From NCBI RefSeq assembly GCF_004010195.1, contig NC_057746.1:6844117-6876678 (forward strand): a stretch of DNA of 32,562 nt, in the 5' to 3' direction. The translations under genes were made by a program, and so were the position numbers. Shown piece by piece: positions 31,171 through 32,562 of this stretch. Within the stretch, counting starts at the first letter, position 1. Each line of letters begins with the position of its first letter. Origin of the DNA: Chiloscyllium plagiosum (lineage: Eukaryota). The notes beneath the pieces are model-generated. The model was not told where the DNA came from. It was given only the letters and a program-made list of their open reading frames with translations, and made no database searches.

Positions 31171-31589
31171 ACTACTGCTCTTCTATCTGTTAGGGCTATA
31201 TCTCCATCCACTATTTCCTGATAACCCTTTTCCTCACTTAAGTTTTTTCATTAAAAACATTTTCCTGGCTACCATCAGCTCTGAGCAAGGGTCACTGGAA
31301 CAGACACATTAACTTTGATTTCTGTTGATAGGTGCTGCCAAACCTGCTGAGCGTTTCCAGCAATTTCCATTTTTGTTTCTGATTTCCATCAGCCGTAGTT
31401 CCTTCAGTTTTTACAAAGTTCCTGGCTTTGGGTTAGAAGCAGGATGCTCTGTCTGAGAGGGAGATCATTCGGATTCCACTCCTGAACAAGGCATACCTCC
31501 ATCAGCGCCATCTCCATCAATCACTTCCTCAGCCCTAGCTCCGAAAGTGCAACCAAATGTAATTTAAGATCCGAGAGAGAGCGAGCCAG

Positions 31590-31960
31590 ACTGGATCACA
31601 GCGGATCACACCAGGTCAGAGGATCACAGTGGATCACACCAACACAGTGAGATCGCAGTGGGATAGGGGAATTACACTAGACAAGAGGGAGACAGGAGAT
31701 CACACCAGATCATGAAGAAACACACTGGGACAGAGTTGTCATACATGGAACAGGATGGTTACAACAGGTCACAGCTGGACACTGAATCACGCCAGAACAC
31801 ACCAGGATAACAGGGGAAACACAGAATCACAGTGGATCAGGAGTACAGAGGATCACATCAGTATAACAGCATCACAACAGGACAGGGGATTCACATTGGA
31901 ACAAAGCAGGGGTATACCAGGACAGGGGATTCACATTGGAACAAAGCTGGGATATACCAG
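31590..31960. repeat. Degenerate gatcaca(c/g) repeat region ending in a 40-bp tandem duplication
   Basis: Recurrent ggatcacag/ggatcacac; gacaggggattcacattggaacaaagc at 31881 and 31921. Confidence 0.7.
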
Positions 31961-31961
31961 G

Positions 31962-32562
31962 AGAAAGTGAGGACTGCAGATGCTGGAGACCAGAGTTGAA
32001 AACACCGGTGCTGGAAAAACACAGCAGGAGAATCGATGTTTCAGGCATAAGCCCTTCTTCAGGATTGAGGCTGGTGTGCCAAGCGGGCTGAGATAAAAGG
32101 TTGAGGGGGAGGGAATTTGGGGGATGGGCGCTGGGAATACGGTAGGGTGGAAGGAGGTGAGGGTAAAAGGCGGTGGGGGTGGTGGGGGCGGAGAGGTTGG
32201 GAAGAAGATTGCAGGTCAAGAGGGCGGTGCTGAATCTGAGGGTTGGGAATGAGATAAGGTTGGGGGAGGGGAAATAAGGAAGCTGGAGAAATCTACATTC
32301 ATCCCGTGTGGTTGGAGAGTTCCTAGGCGGAAGATGAGGCGCTCTTCCTCCAGGCGTCGTGTGGCCTGTGTCTGGCGATGGAGGAGGCTAAGGACCTGCA
32401 TGTCCTTGGTGGAGTGGGAGGGGGAGTTAAAGTGTTGAGCCACGGGGTGGTTGGGTTGGTTGGTCCGGGTGTCCCAGAGGTGTTCCCTGAAACATTCCGC
32501 AAGTAGGCGGCCTGTCTCCCCAATATAGAGGAGGCCACATCGGGTGCAGCGGATGCAGTAAA
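31962..32562 (-). mobile_element. Penelope-like element (family A): GIY-YIG endonuclease C-terminus, 3' UTR and hammerhead-bearing pLTR
   Basis: Minus translation YCIRCTRCGLLYIGETGRLLAECFREHLWDTRTNQPNHPVAQHFNSPSHSTKDMQVLSLLH..RRLEEERLIFRLGTLQPHGMNVDF; runs off the window end. Confidence 0.9.
32031..32066 (-). ncRNA. Minimal hammerhead ribozyme motif (family A)
   Basis: Minus: aatc-CTGAAGA-a-gggc-ttat-gcct-GAAA-CATC-gatt; helix I aatc/gatt pairs, and helix III has a CpG-type change (ACGT to ACAT). Confidence 0.65.

Noticed and set aside
21860-32562. MHC class I/II or Ig-domain gene downstream of the SXY-like module
   Set aside because: No leader, peptide-binding or Ig C1 exon was recognisable; the N-runs could hide one, so absence is not proven.

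Overview
Vertebrate genomic DNA, most likely a cartilaginous fish (shark): it carries HE1-type SINEs, CR1/HER1-type LINE relics and shark-type Penelope-like elements (PLEs). The window is dominated by repeats and has six N-runs. No complete, nameable host gene can be supported. Main structure: (1) a decayed inverted segmental duplication, ~336-3372 vs ~21340-23116, whose arms differ by independent TE insertions and by a much more diverged, exon-like core; (2) an X1(RFX)-X2(CRE)-Y(CCAAT) module at 21791-21860 that resembles the MHC S-X-Y enhanceosome and is present only in the right arm; (3) three minisatellite arrays between the arms (50 bp x ~61, 30 bp x ~70, 53 bp x ~57), the 53-mer being an amplified copy of the LINE reverse-transcriptase 'VTxGVxQGSVLG' motif next to its parent LINE; (4) many PLE termini carrying minimal hammerhead-ribozyme motifs of two families, including an 88-bp-arm hairpin element; (5) several isolated open, splice-site-flanked exon candidates of unidentified genes. 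All percent identities and copy numbers are by-eye estimates.
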